A DNA stretch of 44,757 nucleotides from a virus. Below are positions 23,986 through 33,712 of the stretch, one piece after another. The stretch's first letter is position 1. Each line of letters begins with the position of its first letter. The stretch is taken from IMG/VR virus record IMGVR_UViG_3300045988_163046. The stretch is one strand, 5' to 3'. The notes under the pieces were generated by a model. That model was not told the origin of the DNA. It saw nothing but the letters and a program-made list of their open reading frames with translations, and did no database searches. A program made the translations under genes and the position numbers.

Positions 23986-26900
23986 CTATGAACCTCCATT
24001 CCCCCATGATTTCAACATATCTCGAATTGATACAATTTCTTGTACAGTATCTGTAACAACATTTCCATCCAATTGCATAGGTTGTAAATTAATTGTTAAA
24101 TCACAATTTCCAATCGCATTAATCATTTGATCCAATCTTTTTGTGATTGCACTCAAATTTATATTACCAACGCTTCCATAGCTTCGTGATGTAGTTCCAC
24201 TCATAATAGCTGTTGTAGCATTCGCAACAGATGCATATGGACTGATATCAGAATATGTAGCAATTGCATCTGCACTCATTGGCATAATATCTGTGTCAAC
24301 TACAGGCCTATCCGTATTGAACAAAGATTGTGGGAAATAATTTTTATTGTTATCACCATCAACAACTTTTGTCTTTTTTAAAGTTGTTTGTGTTACCGTG
24401 ATAGGATGACTATCAGCATAACTTTGAGCTTTATCAATATTTGATTTAATATCTGAATAAGCTTTAGCAGAACTTGTAACCATGTTATCTAAAGATGGTT
24501 GTAATGCTTTTTCCATCTTTCCACCCATTTTTCCAACGGCTGATGATGTAGTACCATCATTCGCAAATGCATCCGCAATACCGGTAATCGAATTCTGAGA
24601 TTCTTTTAACATCTGCTCTCCGGCTTCTTTTATTTTAGGGTCAGTTCTTGCCATCATCTCTTGTACTGCTTCACCTACAGTTGATTGACCGCTTATAAAT
24701 TTTTGAGCAATGTCAGGTGGAATCGCTTGACCTTCCATTCCGGCAGATTTAACAGCTTGTGCCAATGTGATCAAACTATTCATCGCATTTGTAGCTTCTG
24801 TGATGCTTCCACAATTTGCTAAAATACTATTTGCTACACTTACAGGGATAGAGCCACCAATCATACCAGCTTGATCCACAAGCTGATTCATATTCATTAA
24901 AGTAGCCATGTAATTAGCTGCTTCTACCGCATTTGCAGTTCCATTTGTAATTCCTTCTTGAATACCAAGTGGAATTTGAATACCTGATTGCGCTGCCTGT
25001 GCTGCAATATCAGTCAATTGAGCTTTCATGGTTGTTCCCATTTGTTCAAACGACTGTGTTTCTAAGTAGCTTGATTGAAGAATGGATTGTGTCTGCGTTT
25101 CGTGCAATTTCGTATAAGAATCTGCTAAATCAGTACATAATGTATTAATTGATTCCTTCAATGCACTCGATTGATTCATATAATCTTGCATTGAAATATG
25201 GCCTGCTGCAAATTGTAAACTTAATTTTCTTAATGAATCTGTTGTAGTATTTATACTTTCCGTAAGCTCTGCATTCTTTAATTCCGCTTTTAATTGAGCA
25301 GCAGCATTTTTCTTTGCGATACTTGCCAACGCTTCTTGTTTTGCTTCTTCTTGAATCTGAGTAATTCTTTCTTTAATTGCATCAATACTTTTATAGTTCG
25401 CATCCTCATTAAGATTTAGCTTGCCAGTATTTTCATCAATCTCTACTCCTAAATCAGGATAAAGTTGATTTAACTCCCTAACCGCTTCTGCAAGCATAGT
25501 CTTTTGTGTAGCATTTAAAGATTCTTTTGCGTTAAGATCTTCAATTGTTTTCATCAAATGACTTGCAGTTTTGTTGTTTTGCATATACTGAGTTACAATT
25601 TCACCCATGCTTGTTTTAGTTTTAGACATTGATTTTGCATACTTCTCATAACCATCAATAACCTTTAATGTTACTGCATAATCAGTATCTTTATATGCAA
25701 GCTCTTTATTTGCGGTTTCCATCGCTTCCTTGCGTTTTTTATCCGCCCAGACAACAGCACCTGCAAACGCACCAAGTGCAACTGTAACCGCAGTAATTGC
25801 TGGATGTGTTAAGACAAAACCTTTTCCTAACGAAATGATAGAAGTATTTGCTAAATCTCCTGCTTTTGCAGCATCCCCAAATCCATCAGCTACCTTTTGT
25901 AAGCTTGGATGTGCTTTAGTAAAGAATTTAACAGCACTTTGCGTTGCACCAGATACTTTACTTACACCTTTTGCGGTTGGATAAGCGGCTGCCGTCAACA
26001 ATAACATCTTTGCGATTGTCTGTTGCGTTCCTTCATCTAAATTAGAGAATGCGTTAGCTGCCTTTTTTACTATCTTTAATAGATCTGTTAAGGTAGGTGT
26101 AAATGCCTGTCCTAGTTCATTACCAGCTTGTTTAATAGCTTCCCATGTTTGAGATAATTGAGATTTCAATGTCGCATAACGCTTTTCTGCTTCGTTTGCC
26201 ATTGCCGTATTGTCATTCCATGCATTTTTAGAAACATTTAATGCATTAGCCAATACATCCGAACTTTGTGCCAAAGCACCCATTGACTGTGCTTGTCGTA
26301 CTTCCTTAATTCCTAATTCATCCAATGTTTTTGTAACATCTGACGATTTTCCAATACCTTCTACAAACTTTAAGAATGTTCCCGCTGCATCTTCTCCCCA
26401 AGCCTTTTGGAATTGTTGAGAAGTCATACCAGATACTTCTGCAAACTTTTGTAGTTTCTTATCTCCCGTAGAAACAGATAGATCAATTGTCTTCAACATT
26501 TTAGAGACAGAGCTACCACCAGCAGCGGCTTCAATACCTAATGAAGATAATGCAGTTGATAATCCTAATACTTGGTTAGAATTAAAGCCTACCATCTTAC
26601 CTGCAACACCTAATCTAGTAGCCATATTCATAATATCTGCTTCGGTTGTAGAGAATTTATTTCCCAAATCTACAATTGTAGAACCCAAACGAGAATAATA
26701 TGTGTTCGTCTTTTTAGACTGCGAAACCATTACATTTGAGAACTTGGCAATACTTTGTGCTGCTTCTTCACCAACAAGATTTGTAGTATCTCCTAATTGC
26801 GTAATTGTCTTAGTAAACCCAACAATTGAATCTGTAGGGATACCCATTTGTCCTGCAAGTTCTGCATAATGGGCAATATCTTGATATGTGCTCGAGGTAT

Positions 26901-27759
26901 TTTGAGCTAGATCTTTTAATCCTTTATTGATTTTTTCAAACTGTTGAGGTGTCCCGTCTACTGTTTTTGTAACACCAGTCCATGCATCCTCAAACTCAAT
27001 AGCCGTCTTAGTAGCGGCTGCAATACCTGCAAAAGATAACATAGACAATGGTTTTACAGTGTTCGCAAACTGTTCTGCTTTTGAACTTACTTTTCCTAAC
27101 GTATCATACAGTCTTAACAATGTTTCATTCGTTGAAATAAATGATTTTGACATACCTGCCAATTCATTTTTAAGTCCTAAAGCACCTGCTTTTAAACCTA
27201 GATATGTGCGTTGAGAATCTTCGTATGTACTGCCTAAATCAACCAATACCTTTTTTTGTTCGGCAATGCCTGAAGTACAATCATCCATTGCTTCTTTTAA
27301 AGTAACATTTCGTGAAGCTAATCTTTGGATAGCACTTTCACCTTGTTCTGCCGAACGCGTACCGTTCGAAATTGCTTCTTTCCATGCGTTGATCTGCTTG
27401 TTGTTGTCTGCATATTCTTTATTCAAAGAATTAAATGTATGATTGTAATTATCAATAGACTTTGAAGCAGCATCAACAGCACTTGCCCACTGCTTCTGTG
27501 TCTTTGGATAATTCATCAGTTTCTTGTTATAGACTTCCAATTGCTTAGTTGTGCTTTTGATTTTATCTTGTAACAAGTTCTGATATGTCGCAAATGACTG
27601 AAAATCTCCTTCGTTGAATTTCATAGAAGATTTCAGTTTCGACATTGTTTTATCTAATCCTGCTGTTTCGGATTTTATTTTATTAATTGCTTTTTGAAAA
27701 CCTGTAGTATCTCCATCAATTTTTACGGAGATACCTCTTACTTGATTGTAACCTGACAA
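23986..27759 (-). CDS. Tape measure protein
   Basis: 1257 aa, helical and Ala/Gln-rich with hydrophobic central segments. TTG start with AGGAGG RBS. It follows the G/GT chaperone. Confidence 0.9.
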   Translation of the reverse strand: MSGYNQVRGISVKIDGDTTGFQKAINKIKSETAGLDKTMSKLKSSMKFNEGDFQSFATYQNLLQDKIKSTTKQLEVYNKKLMNYPKTQKQWASAVDAASKSIDNYNHTFNSLNKEYADNNKQINAWKEAISNGTRSAEQGESAIQRLASRNVTLKEAMDDCTSGIAEQKKVLVDLGSTYEDSQRTYLGLKAGALGLKNELAGMSKSFISTNETLLRLYDTLGKVSSKAEQFANTVKPLSMLSFAGIAAATKTAIEFEDAWTGVTKTVDGTPQQFEKINKGLKDLAQNTSSTYQDIAHYAELAGQMGIPTDSIVGFTKTITQLGDTTNLVGEEAAQSIAKFSNVMVSQSKKTNTYYSRLGSTIVDLGNKFSTTEADIMNMATRLGVAGKMVGFNSNQVLGLSTALSSLGIEAAAGGSSVSKMLKTIDLSVSTGDKKLQKFAEVSGMTSQQFQKAWGEDAAGTFLKFVEGIGKSSDVTKTLDELGIKEVRQAQSMGALAQSSDVLANALNVSKNAWNDNTAMANEAEKRYATLKSQLSQTWEAIKQAGNELGQAFTPTLTDLLKIVKKAANAFSNLDEGTQQTIAKMLLLTAAAYPTAKGVSKVSGATQSAVKFFTKAHPSLQKVADGFGDAAKAGDLANTSIISLGKGFVLTHPAITAVTVALGAFAGAVVWADKKRKEAMETANKELAYKDTDYAVTLKVIDGYEKYAKSMSKTKTSMGEIVTQYMQNNKTASHLMKTIEDLNAKESLNATQKTMLAEAVRELNQLYPDLGVEIDENTGKLNLNEDANYKSIDAIKERITQIQEEAKQEALASIAKKNAAAQLKAELKNAELTESINTTTDSLRKLSLQFAAGHISMQDYMNQSSALKESINTLCTDLADSYTKLHETQTQSILQSSYLETQSFEQMGTTMKAQLTDIAAQAAQSGIQIPLGIQEGITNGTANAVEAANYMATLMNMNQLVDQAGMIGGSIPVSVANSILANCGSITEATNAMNSLITLAQAVKSAGMEGQAIPPDIAQKFISGQSTVGEAVQEMMARTDPKIKEAGEQMLKESQNSITGIADAFANDGTTSSAVGKMGGKMEKALQPSLDNMVTSSAKAYSDIKSNIDKAQSYADSHPITVTQTTLKKTKVVDGDNNKNYFPQSLFNTDRPVVDTDIMPMSADAIATYSDISPYASVANATTAIMSGTTSRSYGSVGNINLSAITKRLDQMINAIGNCDLTINLQPMQLDGNVVTDTVQEIVSIRDMLKSWGNGGS

Positions 27760-27771
27760 TTTTAGTACCTC

Positions 27772-28388
27772 CTAAAATCTGTCAAAGTCTCTTTGGTCTG
27801 CTTCACGAATAGGAATTTTGTTTTTTGAATTATTTACTTTGGACTGCATATTTCCACGTGCAATAATCAAATCAAACAATCTTCCTATGCCCATATCCTC
27901 TATTTCATCTATTTTTAATCCTAAATTTAATCCGCCTAATACTAAATCAGTGTAGCTTACGCTTCTTTTTTTTTATCATCTGAAACCGCTTGATTGGATT
28001 CATCTTGTACCGTTGCTTTATTCGCATTGATAATCTGTTCTAAAATGACAACTCCGCTCATTACATAGGTTTCATAATCTTCAATTTCATCAACAAAATC
28101 TTGGAACGCTTTTGTTTCTTTTCCATGATATGTGTCATATGTCTTGATACATACCCAAACTAATCTTTCAAAAAATAAAGATCCGTTTACTTGCAATAAA
28201 ACGAAATAAGGATCTCTATCAGGATTTCCTTCACGAACATTTCTTTCAATAGCTTCACAAAATTTAATCTGCACTTCCTGAATATCCACTAACAAATCTC
28301 TGTTGAAACAATCTCTATAAATGCTAGCCGTTTTGCCTTTATACAATAAATTATATTTTTTACCATCAATACTTAACGTCTGTTCCAT
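27772..28388 (-). CDS. Tail assembly chaperone, -1 frameshift product (GT-like)
   Basis: A9 slippery run at 27966-27974. The -1 frame stays open for 64 codons (RSVSYTDLVLGGLNLGLKIDEIEDMGIGRLFDLIIARGN...DFDRF) and stops 12 nt before the tape-measure start. Confidence 0.65.
27957..28388 (-). CDS. Tail assembly chaperone (G-like)
   Basis: Position between the major tail and tape measure genes. It ends in GAT GAT AAA AAA AAA GAA GCG TAA. Confidence 0.75.
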   Translation of the reverse strand: MEQTLSIDGKKYNLLYKGKTASIYRDCFNRDLLVDIQEVQIKFCEAIERNVREGNPDRDPYFVLLQVNGSLFFERLVWVCIKTYDTYHGKETKAFQDFVDEIEDYETYVMSGVVILEQIINANKATVQDESNQAVSDDKKKEA

Positions 28389-28399
28389 ATAACCTCACA

Positions 28400-28419
28400 A
28401 AGAGGGGGTTGCCCCTCTT
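28400..28419 (-). terminator. GC-rich hairpin after the major tail gene (attenuator/stabiliser)
   Basis: AAGAGGGG-GTTG-CCCCTCTT overlapping the major tail stop codon. Confidence 0.45.
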
Positions 28420-29062
28420 ATAATGTGCTCACTTCCTTGCCATCATCACTTTGTACAACTACCGGTGTACCGGCTTCTTGGCTCACTTCACCAGCTTTTG
28501 GACTAGGTAATGTTGGAGCAGTTGTAAAGAAATCATCGTAATTTGTATCACCTTTACGACATTTTGCCTTTACCCATTGATGATCACCTTGTTCAACAGG
28601 AACTGCTGTAATATCCATTGATGTAGTAGTAGGATCAGTGCTCTCTTCTTTTGTTTCACCTTCTACATTTGGTCGTGCAAATACAACTTTATAAAAGATA
28701 TGTTTAGTAGCACTTACATCACCTTCGAATTGGAACATAAGCGCAACGTTATTAGGCAATACGTTTGCATCTTCTGCTAAGTTACCTTCTTCTGTTGTCA
28801 CTGTATTGAAAATCATTTTTTCAATTTCTTCTGGGATTTCAGACATTTCCAAGCTTCCTGAATATCCATTGTTTGTATTCGTTGTAAAATACGCAGTGTT
28901 ATCTGCATAATATGTATTTGTATCTCCTTCTGGATCTAGTGTTAATGATTTAGCACCTTTCCATGCAACAGGCGTATTATACGTAATTGTTCCTGCGTTT
29001 TCCGTAATAGCACATACATGTACGTTTCTTAGACCGTATCTTACTTTGTTTTTATCTGCCAT
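28418..29062 (-). CDS. Major tail protein (phi13-like)
   Basis: The N-terminus KVRYGLRNVHVCAITEN..TITYNTPVAWKGAKSLTLDPEGD..TYYADN is typical of the family. Position supports the call. Confidence 0.8.
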   Translation of the reverse strand: MADKNKVRYGLRNVHVCAITENAGTITYNTPVAWKGAKSLTLDPEGDTNTYYADNTAYFTTNTNNGYSGSLEMSEIPEEIEKMIFNTVTTEEGNLAEDANVLPNNVALMFQFEGDVSATKHIFYKVVFARPNVEGETKEESTDPTTTSMDITAVPVEQGDHQWVKAKCRKGDTNYDDFFTTAPTLPSPKAGEVSQEAGTPVVVQSDDGKEVSTL

Positions 29063-29067
29063 AGTTT

Positions 29068-29478
29068 TTATCCTTTCAAATATTTTTCGATTAAACTTGG
29101 CAGTTCCTTGATTGCGTTTGTTTCTCCATCCTTCCAGTGTTTGAATGCACGTGTACGTTTAGGAGAATTCCATAAATTATGTCCGTTTTCTAGTAAATGA
29201 GTTAATGAGTATTCATGGCCACTCGCATAAATAACACCGCGTGTATGACCTAATTCACGTTCTATCTTATATGTTATAGATCTTTTATATTTGCCCTTTC
29301 TGCGTGTGTTTCTATGATCTACATTGGCCTTAGCTTTAACAATGTCTTTAGAATCTTTTGTCGTTTCTTCTACTGCTCTATCAATCTGCGCCAAAGAATG
29401 CTCTTTATATTCTTGAATAATCTTTCTGATTTCTGGCCCAAGCTGCGACATATCGCAATATACATCATTGACGGCCAA
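29068..29478 (-). CDS. HK97 gp10-family tail-completion/neck protein
   Basis: The GHTRGVIYASGHEYSLTHLLENGH motif is characteristic of HK97 gp10-like proteins. Confidence 0.7.
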   Translation of the reverse strand: MAVNDVYCDMSQLGPEIRKIIQEYKEHSLAQIDRAVEETTKDSKDIVKAKANVDHRNTRRKGKYKRSITYKIERELGHTRGVIYASGHEYSLTHLLENGHNLWNSPKRTRAFKHWKDGETNAIKELPSLIEKYLKG

Positions 29479-29803
29479 CTAATGTCACCGTCCATTCAGT
29501 ACAGTGTACTTTTTGGGTTGTTATATCTTCATCTGTGATGGTTTGGTATGGTATTTCTAATTCATCAAACATGTCTTCGATTTTAGCTTCTAATTCAAAA
29601 TCTTTTTGATCCGTCACTAATCTGTAAATGTAAACTCCAATTTTGCAATACGTCATATTATCCGCATTGTAATTATTTGTATAATCCAACGCATAATTCC
29701 CATAGGGGGTATGGGGTTTTGACTTGAAACTTCCATATACAAATTGTCCTTCACCTAAAAGTTCAGTGAATTTAGCAACGATTTGTTGTCTTACTGTTTC
29801 CAT
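29465..29803 (-). CDS. Head-tail joining protein (putative)
   Basis: 112 aa, called by position in the connector cluster only. Confidence 0.4.
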   Translation of the reverse strand: METVRQQIVAKFTELLGEGQFVYGSFKSKPHTPYGNYALDYTNNYNADNMTYCKIGVYIYRLVTDQKDFELEAKIEDMFDELEIPYQTITDEDITTQKVHCTEWTVTLVGRQ

Positions 29804-30126
29804 TCTCCAGCATCCTGTTGAACATATAGTTCAATCGTATCTCCGGATGGGAATGTACGATAAACCGCATACTTTTTGTCGTTGTATTTCACTGTCGTTT
29901 CATCATTGTAATCAATACTTGGAATAACAAGCTTATACGCTAACTGTATGCCTGCCTGGTAGGCTTCATTAAATTCTTTTGAATAAATTCCACCAACTCG
30001 ACAAAATACTTCCTTCTCCGTTTCGTTAACATGTTCCACACCATCTTCATCAACATATCTTTCTTTTTCAATCAGATATGCCACATCATAATAAAGATTA
30101 TTCTCACGAGTATATTCATATGCCAT
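29791..30126 (-). CDS. Head closure protein (SPP1 gp16-like)
   Basis: Size, position and the pattern ..EKEVFCRVGGIYSKEFNEA. Confidence 0.6.
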   Translation of the reverse strand: MAYEYTRENNLYYDVAYLIEKERYVDEDGVEHVNETEKEVFCRVGGIYSKEFNEAYQAGIQLAYKLVIPSIDYNDETTVKYNDKKYAVYRTFPSGDTIELYVQQDAGEWKQ

Positions 30127-30127
30127 A

Positions 30128-30430
30128 CTATGTCACCTTCTTATGGGATTTATCTGTCATAAGAATCTGACGTAAATCCTCATACGTTTTAGCCATTGAT
30201 TCTTTATATGAAGCATCCGTTGTACCAAATTTTGACTTTACATATGTTATTACCGCTACTACAATTTCATCTTCTAAATCATCTTCATCAAATAAGATAT
30301 TTAATCTATCCAAATCGTATAAACATGCTCTGATATATGTTTTGATTTCATCATCATATGCGCGTGATTTTGCTCTTGTAGCAGCAGTTCTAACACGTTC
30401 TAGAAGGCTTTCAGAAATATTGAACGCCAT
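30128..30430 (-). CDS. Head-tail connector (gp6-like)
   Basis: 100-aa helical protein directly after the capsid gene. The pattern DDEIKTYIRACLYDL is typical of the family. Confidence 0.6.
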   Translation of the reverse strand: MAFNISESLLERVRTAATRAKSRAYDDEIKTYIRACLYDLDRLNILFDEDDLEDEIVVAVITYVKSKFGTTDASYKESMAKTYEDLRQILMTDKSHKKVT

Positions 30431-30440
30431 TATCTATCAC

Positions 30441-31900
30441 CTAAGCTTTCTTCGCACTGCTTTTTCGAGTAGTTTTCTTAGGCTCATCATCTAATAAAAT
30501 AGGTTCATCATCAGTTCCAACAGGTTCTTCATCATTTAATGATTGTGTTCCTGTTTGACTTTCATCTTTTGTAACATCTCCATTGCTTAAGCTACTTTTT
30601 TTTTTAACAAGAAGATGTATTGAGGATCTAATACTTTACCATCATTGATAACCAATGCTTGAGTTACTTCCTCATTCTTTTCATAATCCCAGTACTTCTT
30701 CACACCAAACTGCATATTTGAGTTGATCGCATAGGCTTCTTTTCCAACCCAATACATTCCGAAATATTCACCGTTTTTTGCTTCATCAAAATCTTTGAAT
30801 GTATCATTTTCAACGAAATTAACTGTTCTAGCTTTGAATGTTGCACGTTCTGCACCATCAATAGGATTATATGTTTCTGCATAAACAGGACGATTATTAT
30901 CGTCGGCCAACGTTTTAATGTTTGCTTCATATGTTGCAGGCGTCATTACAAACTCTGGTTTTAATTTACGCATTGATAAAGGAATCTTTGCGAACAATTT
31001 TGTTTGCCATGATTTCCAATCTTTCATTTCTGCTTCCGTAAATTCAATAATGTGATCTGTTTTAATACGTCCACTTACTTTATTAGCTTCTGTTAAAATA
31101 CCTTCACACTCATTGTTTTCAGATTGGCCTGTTAAAATTTCACGATCCATAGCTTCCAAATAAGCTTCTACAATAACTTTTGCTAATTCAGTTTCGAATG
31201 CATTTACAGTCAATACAGTTTGTAGTAATGTACGTGCTAAACGAATTTCACCAATCAAATATCCAAATTGTACAAATTCTGTAACAGAACCGGCCTTTTG
31301 ACGATCAGACACTGTTGTTTCTGTGATACGTTTAAATGTAGCCTTGAATGAACCGATAGGATATTTAACACCACCACGGAAATTTGTATGTAATACTGCA
31401 TTGTATAAGTAACCACGTGATTTACTTAATTCAGTCATTACTTTCTGAACAATTGTTTCTGGAATTAAAATACCTAAATCCGCTGCTACACCTGCTTCTG
31501 CGCTACGTTGTCTTAAGATTTCTGACTGTTTTCCTTTTTGAACGAATTCCATGAATGCACTACGATACTCCATATCGTCTTCCATTCCTTTTTTACGTTC
31601 TGACAATCCTTTTGGCATTGTTGGATTTGCTTTAGTACGAGCTACCTCTTGATAATTAACAAAAGTTTCATCTTCATCTTCAATAGATTTTGCCATAGTA
31701 TCCAAGAACGCATTACGTTGTGCAACCTGGCCTTTTAATTCTTTGTCACGCTTTTGTAAAATATCAAATTCCGCATGTAACATTTCCAAGTTTGTATTAG
31801 GATCGTTTTTGTTGACCTCATCTTGAATTTCTTTAAATCTTTTTTGAATCTGTTCGTGATTCATTGCCTTGAATGCTGCTAGTTGTTGCTCTGTAAACAT
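30441..31900 (-). CDS. Candidate C-terminally extended capsid isoform via -1 slippage at A10
   Basis: A10 run at 30596-30605 lies 2 codons before the stop. The -1 frame is open for 51 codons with no start codon and fills the entire 156-nt gap to the next gene. Confidence 0.35.
30587..31900 (-). CDS. Major capsid protein, HK97 fold, with N-terminal delta/scaffold-like coiled coil
   Basis: 437 aa, follows the prohead protease. N-terminal coiled coil, then capsid-like beta/alpha region. Confidence 0.9.
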   Translation of the reverse strand: MFTEQQLAAFKAMNHEQIQKRFKEIQDEVNKNDPNTNLEMLHAEFDILQKRDKELKGQVAQRNAFLDTMAKSIEDEDETFVNYQEVARTKANPTMPKGLSERKKGMEDDMEYRSAFMEFVQKGKQSEILRQRSAEAGVAADLGILIPETIVQKVMTELSKSRGYLYNAVLHTNFRGGVKYPIGSFKATFKRITETTVSDRQKAGSVTEFVQFGYLIGEIRLARTLLQTVLTVNAFETELAKVIVEAYLEAMDREILTGQSENNECEGILTEANKVSGRIKTDHIIEFTEAEMKDWKSWQTKLFAKIPLSMRKLKPEFVMTPATYEANIKTLADDNNRPVYAETYNPIDGAERATFKARTVNFVENDTFKDFDEAKNGEYFGMYWVGKEAYAINSNMQFGVKKYWDYEKNEEVTQALVINDGKVLDPQYIFLLKKKVA

Positions 31901-32511
31901 TAATTAATAGCCTCCTTAATCTGCAACAACAAACTCAGTCTTTCTCGTTTCTTTTCATTTTCTTTTTTAACCCGTTCTTCATCCATTAAAGACTTTGCTC
32001 TTGCTTCAATAGATGTTTGATCATTTGCAGGAATCGACACTGCCGAAACATCATAAATTTTTGATACTTTACGTGTTGTCCACATCTTTTTATCTCTATC
32101 ATATGATTCCTCGTCCACCATGTATCGCCATGACATCTGAGTAACCATTCCTGCCTGAATACTGTCGTACAAACGTTTTGCAGCTTCTGTTCTTCCTAAA
32201 TCTGCTGCAACAAACAATCCATGTTCATCTACTTCAACAATAAGTGAACCATTACTTGTACGTGCATATACCATTCCTTCATGATCAAATTGGAAGATGA
32301 TATCACTCATATCAGCGTTGTCCAAACTTGAACGTTCAATCAACTCATATACATCATTACCTTCGTAATCTCGATATAACGTGTAAGGTTCAAATGTTGT
32401 AGCATATCCTTCAACATAGTATTGAGTATCAATCCGTTTGTTTTCCGTCACCGGATTCATCTGAAACGGAATTGATCGCATTTGGATTTTGCTGTGGTTC
32501 GGTTTCGCCAT
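31900..32511 (-). CDS. Prohead protease (HK97 family, U35)
   Basis: YVEGYATTFEPY... pattern. AGGAGG RBS. Positioned between the portal and capsid genes. 83-nt overlap with the portal 3' end. Confidence 0.85.
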   Translation of the reverse strand: MAKPNHSKIQMRSIPFQMNPVTENKRIDTQYYVEGYATTFEPYTLYRDYEGNDVYELIERSSLDNADMSDIIFQFDHEGMVYARTSNGSLIVEVDEHGLFVAADLGRTEAAKRLYDSIQAGMVTQMSWRYMVDEESYDRDKKMWTTRKVSKIYDVSAVSIPANDQTSIEARAKSLMDEERVKKENEKKRERLSLLLQIKEAIN

Positions 32512-33712
32512 TGTAACTAATTCCTCCTTGATTTGATTTAGTTACCTGGATATATTCACCTCGAATAAAACGTTTCTTACCTTCATCATTTGGTAAAGGC
32601 GCTTTATTCATAATATTTAATGCCCCGTTTGTATCAATCATTCCACGATCAAACATTTGCGTTGCAACATTCAATTTTGTTTGTGTTGAATCATACTGTA
32701 AACGATCGCTTGTAAGAATGATTTCACTACCATTCATAATCTGATTTACGGAATATAACATTCCACTCAATACTTCTCCAACTTCAATAAAGAATGGTTC
32801 AATAATTGATTCATAAAATGCATTCCATTCATCAGGTTTATATTTATTTTGTAAAATAGCTTCACTAATTCCAAAATAGCTGTATACACTATTTTCAATG
32901 GCTTGCTTCTGCTTGGCATCCACTAATAGTGGCTTGCTTTCAATCGGTTTTACTTCATCAAAACGATTATCAACAAGGAATACGCCTGTTTCATTTTTGT
33001 TCAGGTTATTTCTTAAGATCATGTTCTGTTGTTCCTTGTAATCTTCGTCATCATCAATTGGTGTTGAAATTCTAGCCAAGAATCGAACAATAGAACTCGA
33101 CTTAATCGCATTGATTGCTCCTTCTTCCTGAGCAAGCATCAATTTAGCTGTTGTATCAAATGCATCATTAGTGTCACCAAAGTAATCATTTTTATACTGC
33201 ATTTGTCTTAGATGTCCTACTTTGCTGTATTCAATCAATTTTTCTTCGCCATAGATGAAATTAAAATAAATATAAACTTCACCATTGATTTCTTTTAACT
33301 GACACTGACTCGGAACAGCAGGCCATAATCCTTTAATCATTCCATATTCATCTTCAATTGGAATAATGAAAGCATTGTTTTCTGCAAAGTATATGGTTGC
33401 CAATCTTTTATAAAATTGACTAGCCGTCATATAAGGATTTGGCTTTTTCTTAACCAAATAGTTATATATCTTGCCTTTGTAGTCTTTGTTTGTCAATTCA
33501 GGTGAAGCTTTTCCACATGAAGTAGCAATTCGATTGATACATGCTCTGCATAGTCCAATCTCATATATTCCACCATCATATGATGAATACACTGGTGAAT
33601 ATCCACCTAAGCTTGCAAACATTGAATGTAATTGATTTTGTTTAGGTGCTGGCTTATTTAGTCCTAATAGACTTCCTAGCAAACCAAATCTTTTTCTTCT
33701 GCTTTTAGCCAC
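32429..33712 (-). CDS. Portal protein (HK97 family)
   Basis: 427 aa, immediately after TerL with an overlapping stop/start. Confidence 0.9.
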   Translation of the reverse strand: MAKSRRKRFGLLGSLLGLNKPAPKQNQLHSMFASLGGYSPVYSSYDGGIYEIGLCRACINRIATSCGKASPELTNKDYKGKIYNYLVKKKPNPYMTASQFYKRLATIYFAENNAFIIPIEDEYGMIKGLWPAVPSQCQLKEINGEVYIYFNFIYGEEKLIEYSKVGHLRQMQYKNDYFGDTNDAFDTTAKLMLAQEEGAINAIKSSSIVRFLARISTPIDDDEDYKEQQNMILRNNLNKNETGVFLVDNRFDEVKPIESKPLLVDAKQKQAIENSVYSYFGISEAILQNKYKPDEWNAFYESIIEPFFIEVGEVLSGMLYSVNQIMNGSEIILTSDRLQYDSTQTKLNVATQMFDRGMIDTNGALNIMNKAPLPNDEGKKRFIRGEYIQVTKSNQGGISYNGETEPQQNPNAINSVSDESGDGKQTD

